A stretch of 63,944 nt of DNA, counting the filler, from Reclinomonas americana ATCC 50394 (lineage: Eukaryota): the NCBI GenBank assembly GCA_048213135.1. It is 19 parts of 19 records of this genome, joined end to end, with 100 filler letters (N's around TTAATTAATTAA, not from the genome) between each part and the next. Parts side by side here need not be neighbours in the genome. Positions count along the whole stretch, not along the records: positions 36,693 to 41,744 come from AFZH01017911.1; positions 41,845 to 44,205 come from AFZH01017912.1; positions 44,306 to 48,961 come from AFZH01017913.1; positions 49,062 to 50,564 come from AFZH01017915.1; 15 more parts are not named here. One strand, written 5' to 3'. Of this stretch, positions 36,856 to 49,230 are shown piece after piece; the first letter of the stretch is position 1; each line of letters begins with the position of its first letter. The notes under the pieces are model-generated. The model made no database searches, was not told the origin of the DNA, and saw nothing but the letters and a program-made list of their open reading frames with translations. Both the position numbers and the translations under genes were made by a program.

Positions 36856-37163
36856 CGCACCTGTGCAATCCTCAAAACCCTCAGTGTCCGTCAGATGGTC
36901 AAAGAGATTCGATTGCAGTCGAGTTGCAATCGTATCCGCGCTGATGAGTTCTCGTTTCCGCCATCGCCTGAGAGAGTGAGAGAGAGTGAGAGAGTGAGTG
37001 AGTGAATGTGTGTGTGCGAAAGAGTGAGAGAGTGAGTGTGAGAGAGAGTGTGTGAGTGAGTGAGTGTGCGACGCAACTTGAACGATGAGTGCACGCCAAA
37101 CGACCACACACCGCCTACTTGGTGAACAATAGAACGCGGTCTCAGGCGATCACAAGGAGGCAT
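31848..37163 (-). CDS. WD40-repeat protein fused to UBR7-type UBR-box and PHD finger
   Basis: WD-like blades: GCFVVWDLRE, SSDDQLLVTVSS..VIRMWDMR, FLGDDMVMSSQDDGTVHVWS. Spliced in frame (LSS|AHALPEWM) to an acidic linker, then CTYDTGYVRQLVYVCRTC..AGVCKACAKSCH..FRCDCG..NRYNHNFRVRYCYC..QCTKCEDWFHFTC..FMCETC. Confidence 0.8.
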
Positions 37164-37268
37164 TCTCTCTCTTGTGCTCTCTTGCTCTCTCTCTCTCTCT
37201 CTCTCTCTCGCACGCGCGTGACAATCTTGTCCTGTTTGTCGGGTTTCGTTTTGCGGAATAGAAGAGAT

Positions 37269-37968
37269 ATGGACGATCCCTCGACGCCACGTGAGTCACG
37301 TGTGAGTGCAGAGCCTGTGGACGATGTGTTGCTGAAGGTGTGGCATTGTGGGAAACGCGCACTCTCTCTCTCTCTCTCTCAGTTTCTCTTTCTCCTTCCA
37401 TACTGTGTCATCCTCACTCGCCTCTCTGTTCCTGCTCTCTCTCGCATGCTCTCTCTCTCTCTCTCTATTATCTTAGCCACGAATGTTCTTTCTCTTTCTC
37501 TCGGCACTCCACCGTTTCCCTTCCTCCTCTGTCTGTTCACTGTTTCCCTCACAGTCTGTTCTATCCCTTTTTCTCTTCTCACTTTGCTGTCTCTCTGCTC
37601 TTCCCTCTGTTTCTTTTGCAGTTGGTTTCCTTGGTCGCCCACTTGTCTCGTATTCACTCGTCATCTGTTCTTCACACTCGCAGTTCACCACTTAAAGCAC
37701 TGTTCCTTTCATCGTTCTTTCTCTCTTGTCACATCACCGTCTCTCCCTCCTCTCCTCTCTGCTTCTCTTCCTTTGCCTCCATTCTTCCGCCTCACCTCTC
37801 TTTCCTCGTTTGCAGCACGCCCTTGAGGTCCTCCGCGAAGAGGAGCAACAGCGACGACGTGGCGGCAGCGACTGGTTCCGCCTGGCGGTCTCGCTCATCT
37901 TTTTCGAGATTGGGTCGTTCTTGGGCGGCGAAGGCATGGAGTCGGCGCTGAGCAGATGGGATAAGTGA
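37269..37968 (+). CDS. Small (~73 aa) two-exon hypothetical protein with a hydrophobic helix
   Basis: MDDPSTPRESRVSAEPVDDVLLK|gtgtgg...ttgcag|HALEVLREEEQQRRRGGSDWFRLAVSLIFFEIGSFLGGEGMESALSRWDK*; phase-0 intron. Confidence 0.55.
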
Positions 37969-38289
37969 TTGTATGAGTTGCTTGTTGCTTGAAGGTTGAC
38001 GGCGGGTGGGATGAAAAGATGCCAGAGAGGCAAGCGGGGGTGGAGTACGATCGCGGAGGCATGCTAGACTGCATGGATGAGAGAGCTGTGGAATACGTAC
38101 GAGAAAGCTATGGCACAGGATTGCGGAGGCAGTCTGGACTGCATGGGTACGAGACAGCTGTGGAATACGATCCAGCACGACGACACGTCCTCTGGCGACC
38201 CAGATAGTGTATTGTGCGCGACTTTTAATAGTTAAATCAGCGAGACAGGGAGGCAAAAATCAAAAAGGAAATGGATAAAGGTTGTTGTG

Positions 38290-41200
38290 TCATGTAGGGG
38301 CGACGACATTGCGCGAGTGTTCTAGTGGTGGTGGAAGGGTGGCGGAGGCCGCGGGTGGTGATTCCGCTGCCGTTGTCGAACTTGAATTCAGCAGAGGAGT
38401 CAGGAACTGCATAAGCGCGGCGCGGACTTGATCGTGGCGGACTGGTTTCAGGAGGCGCATGTCCAACGCCGAGTCCATGCTCTCGACACTGCGTGGGAAG
38501 GCAGAGAGATAAGCTGGGGAAACTACAGGCAAAGGAGTTCACATCAAGACAGCACCTGTCGAGACTGTGGGCGGAGACAGCGACGATTGGCAGCGCTCCC
38601 ATCGGCGGACCGAGTTGACGCATTCTGCGCGCGGCTTCGTCGCCGTTCATGCGTGGCATCTGAGGAGAGGGGACGAGAAGTGAGCACTGAGATGAAAGTA
38701 CGAACGCACGTGATGGTCTCGCATTAGCTTCTATTTCCATCAAAGTCTCAAGGGTGCCTTGGTGATGGTCTGCCTTTCCTCACATTCCTTCCTCTGCGTG
38801 CAAATCCTCGTCTCTCCTTCAACGTCTGGCACTATCACTTTGCCTCACAGGGCGCCAATTTCTTCTCAACTAATGCTGCCGAAAGTGGAAAGCGTTCTGC
38901 ATCCACAGCCTTCACTGACAGAGTGCACAGCTGCCTAGTCACTGCATCATTCCCACTCTTCCAATCAACTCTCAGTCCCCATAATGCACAACAGTCCAGT
39001 AGTTGTTCCACTTAGTTTCTCTGGCCGATTCAACCTCGGGAGCGTGCAAAGTAGCGCTGATGACCACTAAATCTCTCTCACACTACACTGTCAAGAATGC
39101 CAAGCTTCGCGCTGCAATGCTGGAGCACGTGCCTTATCCACTCTCTGACTCGTGCAACGCTCTGTTTCTCTGACCTCTCCCACCGTTACATCATGCCGCT
39201 TCCCACACGCTGTCCCACCCACCACTCTGCCCCAGCGTGCAGTTCTCCACTTTCCACTCTGCGCTACACCCACATTCTGTCCCACCCGCCACTCTGCCCA
39301 AGCGTGCAATTCTCCACTTTCCCACTCTGCGCTACACCCACATTCCGTCTCACCCACCACTCTGCCCAAGCGTGCAATTCTCCACTTTCCCACTCTGCGC
39401 GACACCCACATTCTATTCCACCCACCAATCTGCCCAAGAGGGCTGTTCTCCACTTTCCCACTTTTTCCCACACTCCGCATCCCTCATCCACAAACCATTA
39501 CATCCGTAAACACCATGTCGAACGGCCACTTTTGCTGCAGCACTTCCAGAGCCTCGACTCCGTCCTCTGCCACCTCGTAGTCACAGCCCAGCTGCGACAG
39601 CATGCGGCAAATGACTGCACACAGAAGAAGAGGAGGTGTGAGACAACTTCCCTTCTCAATTTCCAAACTCTCTCAGAAACGCGACTATGTAGACATCGCT
39701 TACTTCCGCTGCTCTCTCCCATTCCCCCCCCCCATTTACCTCTCTGATTAACCCGATTGTCCTCCACCACCAGGATCCGTGGCGGTCTCTGCCACATGGT
39801 CGCCGTCACCAGAGTCCTGCGCGACGCCGGCTGGGGAGAGACACTCGGCGACGGAGTCACACTTGGCAGGTCTCCGCCGTCGACTTGCGAGTCGGTCGGA
39901 TCCACCTCGGAGAAGGCTGCCGAAGGCGCTCCCTGCTTCGGCACACGCGAGTGCTGCAGATGCGACTGCGCACGACGGAAAAGATTGCGCAATTTAGCAA
40001 GAGACGATGCACGGCGGATTAATGCGGAAGTCGACACGCAACTGTGAGCGACGTGGAGCGCAGGACCGGATGCAACGATGAATCGTCGTCCACTCCCGAC
40101 AAGGCAGACGTGATCTTCTCGCTTGTCACCGGCTTGCTGACGTAGCGAATCGTTGCAGGTGAGGAGCCTTCAGATACCAGCAGGCTGTCGATGGCCTGCA
40201 GAGAAGAGAAGGGTGAGCGAAGCAATGCTCCCTTTCCTGTGCCTCGCTCCGCTCTGCTCACTCACTGCTTCGCTCCGCTCTGCTCACTCACTGCTTCGCT
40301 CCGCTCTGCTCACTCACTGCTTCGCTCCGCTCTGCTCACTCACTGCTTCGCTACGCTCTGCTCACTCACTGCTTCGCTCCGCTCTGCTCACTCACTGCTT
40401 CACTCCACTCCGCTCACTCACTGCTTCGCTCCGCTCTGCTCACTCACTGCTTCGCTCCACTCCGCTCACTCACTGCTTCGCTCCGCTCTGCTCACTCACT
40501 GCTTCGCTCTGCTCACTCTCTCTCTCTCTCTAACCCCTCCCTCCTTCTCTCCCTCCCTCCCCACCCCTCCGCCTTTCCCTTCCCCAACTCCCACTCACAT
40601 CTCGCGCCGCGCCCGCCAACAACGGCAACACCACGAGAATCACACGCGCCGCCCTGCACAGCTCCTTCCACTGCGGCGGCTGTGCCACTGGCGGCAACGG
40701 ACTCATCTCCCCCGCACCGGTGGGGAACGCGGCGGCGACCTGCGCCGCCGACGAAATCACCGACTCCAGCATCTCCGCATCGACCAACACAAAATCCCAC
40801 GTCTTGCGCCGATCGCCGAGCAGTGGCGGCGAGCTGCCGAGACGCGGAAGCAGAATACTGTTGGCCCGCGACACACTGGTGGCCGTCGTGTCGCCGCCGC
40901 CAAAACTGTCGCTGTAGACACTGGCGGCGACCTCGGTCTTCTTGAGCATGGAGGCCAGCGCGTCCGAGTCCTGGTGCGCCGCTCGGGTGCGCTGCGAGAA
41001 GAACGACAGCGGATCTGAAATGGCCTCGACGCGCGACGGCTGGCACTGCTCCAGCCACTCGAGCATGAACTCGGCCGACGAATTCATGCGCTCCGCCCAT
41101 TGCGGGCACACGAGCAGCACCGACTTGCGCAAGAATGGATTCGGCGCCAGCTGATACATGTTTGACGACGACGAGGTGGGGGTGAGCGTCGGCGACGAAG

Positions 41201-44200
41201 GCTGCTGCTGACTGTCGATAAACATGCGCGGCGCGCCGGCAATCGGCGGCGGCGTGCCGCGTGCGGTGTCGTCCGAGGCGAGCAGCGTTTGGCGGCGCGG
41301 TCGTGACACGGAGGCTGGTTCCACTTGTCCCGGTGTGCTGGTGGTCCGCCGCAGCTCGGGTGCGTTGGCAGAGCCCGTTGACACCGAGTGCATCTTAAGG
41401 GGGAGAACAGATGAATGAGTGCTGATTTGTGAAAGAAGAAATCGCAGTAACTGAGATCACGTACCAGCGCAGAGTGGTCGCTGAGCGAGCGTGCCGTGAG
41501 TGGCACAGGCCTGGTCTGTTCCAGCGCCCATCGGGGGAACACGCAGGTGACCGTCGTGCCCTCGCTGAGCTTGCTGGAGACGTTGATTTCGCCTGCGCGG
41601 AAAGGGGGGGAAGGGAGTCAGAAAAGGGAGAGTCAAAGCGAATGGAAAAGAAGGACGTCCTCTCTTTCGCTCAATCTGCGTCTCTCTTCTCTCTTGCACT
41701 TCTTGCTGCTCCTTTACCCCTTTCTCCTCCTCTCACTGCTCTCGNNNNNNNNNNNNNNNNNNNNNNNNNNNNNNNNNNNNNNNNNNNNTTAATTAATTAA
41801 NNNNNNNNNNNNNNNNNNNNNNNNNNNNNNNNNNNNNNNNNNNNGGGGGGGGGGGGGGAAAGGGAAAGAGGGAGAGAGAGAAGAGAGTGACTGAGTACAT
41901 CTCCGCAGTGTATCCCTCCAACCGCGCAACAAACAAAAGGAACGAAGCGATGTGGTGAAGAGCGACGAAAATCAGCATAAAATAGCGAGACAATAGCAAA
42001 CGTGATACAAGGGAGAAAGAGACGGAGAGAGGGCGAAGCGAGATGGCAAATGAGAAGGGGAGCGAGGCATGTCAACGAGTGACAACAAGAAACACCGGGA
42101 GAACGGAGCGACGCGCGACAGTGAATGAGCGACAATAAGAGAGAGCAAGATACAGCGAGACAATCACAAAACACGACTCGAGAGAATAAGTGGCAGGAGA
42201 ACGGACGAAGACAGGGCGAAGCCAGACGGTGAATCAACAACAGCAAGCAACGAAGGGGAAACGAAATGACCTGGAAAAGTGTGAACCGACAAGAGAGCAA
42301 GAAACAGCGAAACAATGACAACAAACAGAATCGACTTGAGAGAGACGCAGCAAAAGGAATGACAAGAGAAGAGGAGGAGAGGGGGCGGAGCCAGACGGTG
42401 AATCAACAACAGGAAGAAAGGAAGGGGGAACGAAGTGACCTGGAAAAGTGTGAACCGACAAGAAAGCAAGAAACAGCGAAACAATGACAACAAACAGAAT
42501 CGACTTGAGAGAGACGAGAAGGCAGTACAAGGAACGACAAGAGAAGAGGAGGAGAGAGAGAGGGGAAGCGGCAAACTGAGATGATGAATGAGCGACACTG
42601 AGCAAGATTCAGCGAGAAACAAATCAAATCGATATGAGAGAGACACGAGGACAAGGCCAGGCACACTGGCACCGACAGTGACAGAGTGCCAAGACGGTGG
42701 AACACACAGCGCAAGACGGGTGGCCATAAAAAGTCACGTACCGAGGGCGGAATGATTAGGGGAACACTACTTCTATCTACGCGCACAAGCACACTCCCTT
42801 GCACAGTGTGGCGCAGCGCATTGGATACCAAGTTGATCAAAATCTGCGCAGTCGTCAGCGACACAAAACCTCCTTCCTTTCTTCATCCTTCCTTGTCGCA
42901 CAACGCACCTGGCGCAATTTTAGCCGGTCGGCAAACAACTGCCGCGGCACTTGCGGCGCCACCAGCAACAGCAGTTGCACTCTCCTCGACTCACACTCGG
43001 CACTGAACGAGTCCGCAATCTCACGAATGAGACTGTCGATGGAGAACTCCTCCGGTTGCAACAGTGTCTGTAAAAAAAGGGTCAGTGCCACCTTTTGTAA
43101 AGGTAATGACCAACGAAGGCGCACACACCTTGCCAGCCTCCATTTTCACCAGATCGAGATGCGAGTCAAGCAGCGACTGCAGATTGCAACCGCACTGCAT
43201 GGCAAGCTTGAGAAGCTGCAAGAAAGGGAAAAGGGGAAAAAGGAAAAAAGTATTAGAAAGTCCCGTTTCTCTGTTGACAACGAGTATGTTCACACCTCGG
43301 TGGCCTCGGCCGACTTTTCGACAGAGAGGTCATTCTGCAGGATTTGCAGAATGCCGAGCAAGCCATTCAATGGCGTGCGAATCTGTGTGTGTATGAGAAA
43401 GAAGGGGCGGTAAGACAAGACCAAATGAAGAAAACCGTGGTGAGAAACTAGACAAGTGGACACCGCACATCTTTGGACTCTCTCCGCCAGCACACACACG
43501 CGCGCACACATGACAGGATAGTAGTGGACGACGAGTGCGATAAGCACAGAAGAGACGAAGCGCGAGAGTTTGTGTTTTGCAGACAACCAATAAAAACGAA
43601 TCTTGCCTTCTTCTCCTTCTTTCTTTCTACACGCACCTCATGTGAGACAGCGGCGAGGAACTCGGTCTTGTCGCTCTCATGTGCGTCCTCGCGACCGCGT
43701 TGTGCTCGAGCCTTGGTCAGGGAAACAAGTGAGGACTGGGCGCGAGAGGGAGGCAGAGAGAGAGAGAGAGACATTCTGTATCTGAACCTCTGCAAGTTCG
43801 TCCGCCAGTCGCGCGTTCTCTGTCTCGTCAATGCCCATGCCGAGCATGGCGTGCAAGTCACGCGAGGTGGCAAATGGCATCTTGACAGTCTTCACAATGC
43901 TGGAGAGGCAGAGAGGCAGGAACGAATGAGCTACCTCCCATACATACATACACAAGCCAAGAGGGGTGCAAGTTACCGGCGATTTCCGTCGGCATCGCGG
44001 AGAACTGCGCGCGGAACAGTCTTGGCCGCGCCTGTGAGACTCACTTCGCGGTCGTCGGAGAGCATCTGACCACTCTCCACATTGTACTGAGGTGGTCACG
44101 GAGATGAGCAAATGGAGTAGAAACAAGAAAAAAAGGATCACTCAGCTGACCTTGCGATCCACTTGCTGCTGGAAGGCACCGGTGAGGTCTTCCACTGTTG

Positions 44201-44840
44201 TTTTGNNNNNNNNNNNNNNNNNNNNNNNNNNNNNNNNNNNNNNNNNNNNTTAATTAATTAANNNNNNNNNNNNNNNNNNNNNNNNNNNNNNNNNNNNNNN
44301 NNNNNGCCACCACCACCGCCGCCGCTATTGCTGGCACCACGCTGTCCGTGAGGGCGGCGGGGAGGAGCGGCGGGCACCACGGACAAGCTGCCGGTACGGT
44401 CGCGAGCTGACAGAGCCAGTGCGGCGGCCGCCACCGCCAGCGGCGAATGGACCGACACGCTCTCCGCCACTTGCGCCGACAGCAACGAGTGTAATGAGAA
44501 TGCGCGTCGCGCATCCGCAAAGCCCTGGTCGTCCTCGTCGCGCTCCGTGCCCGACGACCACTGGCGACTGGCAATGTGAGCGGCGGCGGTTGTGTTACTC
44601 GCTGCCGCACTCCGCGAGGCCGCAGCCACGGCCGCCGCACCCGTCAAGCGATCGCCGCCACCTCCGCAGTCTACATCATCATCATCGTCGTCGTCGTCCT
44701 CATCCTCTTGCACCACCATGTCGGTGGCGTCGTCGGTCACGGCCTCCACTTCGGCCATCGACTCGGTAACTGCACCGTCGTCCGTGTCGATGGCGTCCAG
44801 CACGCGACCGATTCGCATGCTAGCCTTGCGACGCCCATAC

Positions 44841-44872
<32 letters not shown>

Positions 44873-47444
44873 TTGCTGTGGTGGGGCGCGAGGGGATCTT
44901 GTCGCCGCCGCTGTTGTGGAAGAAGATGTTATGGTGTTGTGTCGACCGTGATGGTGGGGCGGTGGAGGGGCAGTGGCGCGTGGCGACGCGGCGGCAGACT
45001 TTTGCCCCACGGGCAGCACTGGGGTTGTTGTTGTGGCGGTGGTGGTGGTAACGGCCGACGATGCGTTGGCTGCTGCTTGTGCGGCGGCGGTGGCGTTTGG
45101 TGGGGTCGTCCAGCTGGCCAGACCGGTGGGTGAGGCCATCGAGGAGGAGGAGGTGGCGCCGAGGCTGAAGGCTGCGCAAAGGGGGAAGGGGGAAGAAGGA
45201 GAAGGGGGTGTGAGGGAGAAGGGGCGGAAGGGGAAAGGGGAGATTGGGGAAAGGGGGTGGGAGGGAAAGGGGGTGAAAGGGAAAGGGGGTGAAAGGGGAA
45301 GGGTATGGGGAAAGGGAGGTGGGAGGGAACGGAGATAAAGAGGCAAGATGAGGATGTTTTTTGGATAGTGCGCTGATTGAAGAATGGGAGGGCTGGCGAG
45401 GACGAGGGAGAAAGATTGTATGTAAGAGAGCACGATGTAATCTGACATCAAAAGGTAGAAGAAGAACGAGGACATGAAAGGCGTGTTGAGGATGTTTGTG
45501 GTCGGTGTGCACAATCAGGAGAGGAAGAGGCAAACTGAGGCGGTTTGTGGACGGTGTGCTGTTGAGAAGAGTGCGACAGGGGCTCGCGAGGGTGAGAGAG
45601 AGTGCTGAAGAAGCAGAGAGGAGGAGAAATGAGCAAGAGGCAAGTTGAGTATGTTTGTGGATGGCGTGCACATTAAGGAGAGGAAAGAGGCAAACAGAGG
45701 CGGTTTGTGGACGGTGTGCTGTTGAGTGAGACAGGGTTCGCAAGGGTGAGAGAGAGAGAGAGAGAGTTGGCCAGGATGACAGAGAGGGATGCAAACTTGA
45801 TGCCAAAAAAGAAGAAGAAGAGGGAGGACAAACGAGGAGAGGAAGAGGCATGATGCGGAGGCTTGTGGATAGTGTGTATCATGAGAAGAGCGTGAGCGTG
45901 GCTGCCAATGTTGAAAGAAAGAGAGAGAGGACACGAAGAGGCAAGATGAGGATGATTGTGGATGAGGAGAGGAAGAGGCAAGGTGAGGATGCTTGTGGAT
46001 AATGCGTAGCATGAGAAGAGCGACAGTGGGGCCGGGAAAGATATGAGAGATAGTTCTACAAAGTTGATATCAAGAGAAGCAGGAAGAGGATAAGAGGCGG
46101 GAGGAGGAGCAGTGGAAGAGGAAGAGGAAGAAGAGAAGAGAAGGGGACAATGCAGGAGAAGAGCATGGAAAGGGTGGGAGAGGAGGAGCAGAAGAGCAAG
46201 AGGAAGAAGAGCAGGGCGAGGGCGAGGGCGAGAACAGCGGAGGAGAAATGCACGGGATGGAAGCATGAGGAGTAGAAGGGGGAACAGTGGCGGGAGCAGG
46301 AGGAGAAGAAGAGAAAGAGCAAGAGGAAGATGAGCAGGGCGAGAGCGAGGGCGAGGACAGCGCAGGAGAAGAGCACGGGTTGGAAACGTGAGGAGTAGAA
46401 AGAGGAACAGTGGCGGGAGCAGGAGGAGAAGAAGGAAGAGCAAGAAGAGCAAGAAAGAAGACAGACGAGGACCACAAGCACGACAAAGAGGGATATGCGG
46501 AGCAGCAGATGAAAGTAGGCAACAAGTCAAGCAATTGCAGGCCAGCAGAGTACATGCGGAGCGACTGAGAGAGACAAAAGGGAGAAAAAAGATGCTCACA
46601 ACACGTATTGCAGAAATGCAGACACAGATCGGAAACAAACGATCAACTGACACAAGGAGGGAGACAAAGAGAGAAAAGACACACAGGAAGGAAAAGAGAA
46701 ACAGACGAGTGAGATACCACACAGTGATGCAGCACTGACAGAGCAAGCAAAACGGAAATAAGATGCACTCACACACTGCCACACACTCTCGCACTCACTT
46801 TACACAACACAATACACACACACAAAAAAAACTACACGCGCGCCTCACATGGTTAAAAAAGGAATCATCGTCCACGCGCTTTTCAACACATATCGAACCG
46901 CACAAGAGAAAAAACAAACAAAAAAACAAAGAAGTACATGAGAGAGTGGAGGAAGGAAAGAGTGTGTGTGTAAAGAGAGTGCAAAGGTCCGAGCAATAAA
47001 ACACGAGAGAAAACAAGAAAAGAAAAGAGAAATCGGCTCTCACTCTCGCACTCACAAATCGAGTATGTTTGCTCCGCTCATTGCACACACACCGACGCGC
47101 TCTCTCTCACACACACATACACAGAGCAGCGACACGAAGCATAAACAGACACAGAGAAAGAAAAAAACTGAACACGCGAAAACCCCGCGCGTTGCACTCT
47201 TCTCACTCACGCACTCACCCGAGGATGACATCACCGGCGGTTGCTGCTGCTGCTGAGCGGAAGGCGACGTTGGAGAAAACGGCCCGCGCCACACCGAGCG
47301 CGAGCGCCGCATGTGTGGCGGACGCGGACCAGCAGCCGCAGTGAGCGCAGTGACCGCGGAAGGCGGAGGAGGCGCCTCGTGTTGTTGTTGCTGGACAGGG
47401 AGAACATAGGATTCGCGCGTGCCCAGTGACGCGCATGATCCCAT
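38290..47444 (-). CDS. Hybrid sensor histidine kinase: low-complexity N-terminus, PAS/PAC, HisKA, HATPase, degenerate receiver and canonical receiver
   Basis: H-box KTEFLAAVSHEIRTPLNGLLG. N-box DRLKLRQILINLVSNALRHT. C-terminal GEINVSSKLSEGTTVTCVFP. Receiver RILVVEDNRVNQR..FDMVFTDVMMPRMNG..PIVAVSAH..LLKPV. PAC-like DADGNRRIVKTVKMPF..MLGMGIDETE. Two gaps interrupt the gene. Confidence 0.9.
39219..39465. repeat. Intronic ~55-60-nt tandem repeat (CCACTCTGCCCAAGCGTGCAATTCTCCACTTTCCCACTCTGCG..)
   Basis: 3-4 copies within a histidine kinase intron. Confidence 0.85.
40244..40517. repeat. Intronic 26-nt tandem repeat (CGCTCCGCTCTGCTCACTCACTGCTT)
   Basis: About 10 near-perfect copies in a histidine kinase intron. 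Confidence 0.95.
42220..42516. repeat. Intronic direct duplication (~170-nt period)
   Basis: GCCAGACGGTGAATCAACAACAG..TGACCTGGAAAAGTGTGAACCGACAAG..CGACTTGAGAGAGACG occurs twice. Confidence 0.85.
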
Positions 47445-48803
47445 GGTGGCGGGCCGGCTTACACACACACAACGCTGCGTGTGTGTGTCCTGCCTTGCTT
47501 CTCTCGTGCGCGCGTGTGTGTGTCGATGCAGTCGTGCTCGCGAGTCCGATTTCTGGCGGCCATTCTGTTTTTTTTTCTCGCGCGCTATCGTGTTTGCTGC
47601 TCTAACGTACGCGCATGTTGTTGTCGTGTGCTTTCGCTCTTGTTGCAAGCTGCGTGTTTTTCTTGCTTTGTTTTTTATGTATTTGCTTGTACGTGTCCGG
47701 AAGCGCGCGCGTCACTTTTTTCTCCACGACTGTGCATGTGCATGTGTGTGTGTGTCTGCATGAACTCGGGAGGCGAGCTGACGGAGTTGCGTATTTGCGA
47801 CATGAGACTCATACTTGCCAAATTGAAATATCGAAACATGCTTGTGGCTCCGACTTCGCTGCGTTGCTGTTGTGAGCACTAACAAACAAAACACTTCATT
47901 CGCCACATGGCGACATGAGCTTGGTACACCAACAATACACAAAAAAAACAAAAAACACTTCATTCTCCACATGCCAATAATGCGACAAACGCCCACAAAT
48001 CCCTTTCCGACAATGACCTTGGCACACCAACATGATAATCTTCTCCAACAGTTCATCTTTCCTTTCAGGAGGCAAAGCCAATCAAACGCGTGAAATGATT
48101 TCGTGCCTACAAACACACAGAGCTCTTCTCCAACGCAACAAGCAACAGCTGTCGTGACGATCGAGTGCAACCACGTCCACGCAGTCTGCATCCTCTTCTC
48201 CGAAAGTACATGCTTGGTTTCAGTGCGAGGAGCTTGAGGGAAACGGGGCTTTGCTGCTGCTGCAGCTGGTCTGCGTTCGAATATATCACGCGTTGCGTGT
48301 GCGACTTGCTGCAAGGCCGGGTTGCTGTTTCCCGCGCATGGGGGTGCGCGTGTGTTGTCGAATGCTGCAGCTTGCTTCCTCCTCCACACACTGCCTGTTG
48401 TGCATTGCGCGCGTTGCGCGCGTTGCAGGACGACGGGCAATGACCCCTTGAATATCCACGCTCGGAAATACGACTTGCTGGGGGGAGGGAGAAGAATAAG
48501 CGCGCGAGGAGGTGTGCATGCAACATGCAGGTTGGTGCGCGCGTGAAGGGTGAGAGGGAGAGTGGGCGTGTGAGGAAGAGAGAAGAGGATTGTTCGCAGA
48601 ACGCGCGCGAACAAAACGTCGATATCTTGACGAATGAGGTAAAGCGAAAAGAGGTAAAGGGAGGCAAAAGAGGCAAAGGGGAGGGAGGGGGGAAGGGAGG
48701 GGGAAAGGGGAGGGAGAGAGAGAGGGAGAGGGAGAGAGAAAGGAGAGGAGAGAGACACACTCCACCTCTGAAGAATCATGAACATTGGGAGAGAGAGAGA
48801 GAC

Positions 48804-48904
<101 letters not shown>

Positions 48905-49230
48905 GAGAGAGGAGGAGGAGAGAGAGAGACGAGAGAGAGAGAGAGAGAGAGGAGGAGTGTTNNNNNNNNNNNNNNNNNNNNNNNNNNNNNNNNNNNNNNN
49001 NNNNNTTAATTAATTAANNNNNNNNNNNNNNNNNNNNNNNNNNNNNNNNNNNNNNNNNNNNCTGCCACTCTCTCACACACACACTTTCTCACTCTCGCAC
49101 ACACACTCGCTCGCAAGCACTCATTCCTCTCTTGTCCCCATCTCTCTTCTCTGCAACCACAATCATCTTCTTCTTCTTCTCTCTGTCCCTCCCTCTCTCT
49201 CTCTCACTGTGTGTTTGCTTGTGCGCACAG

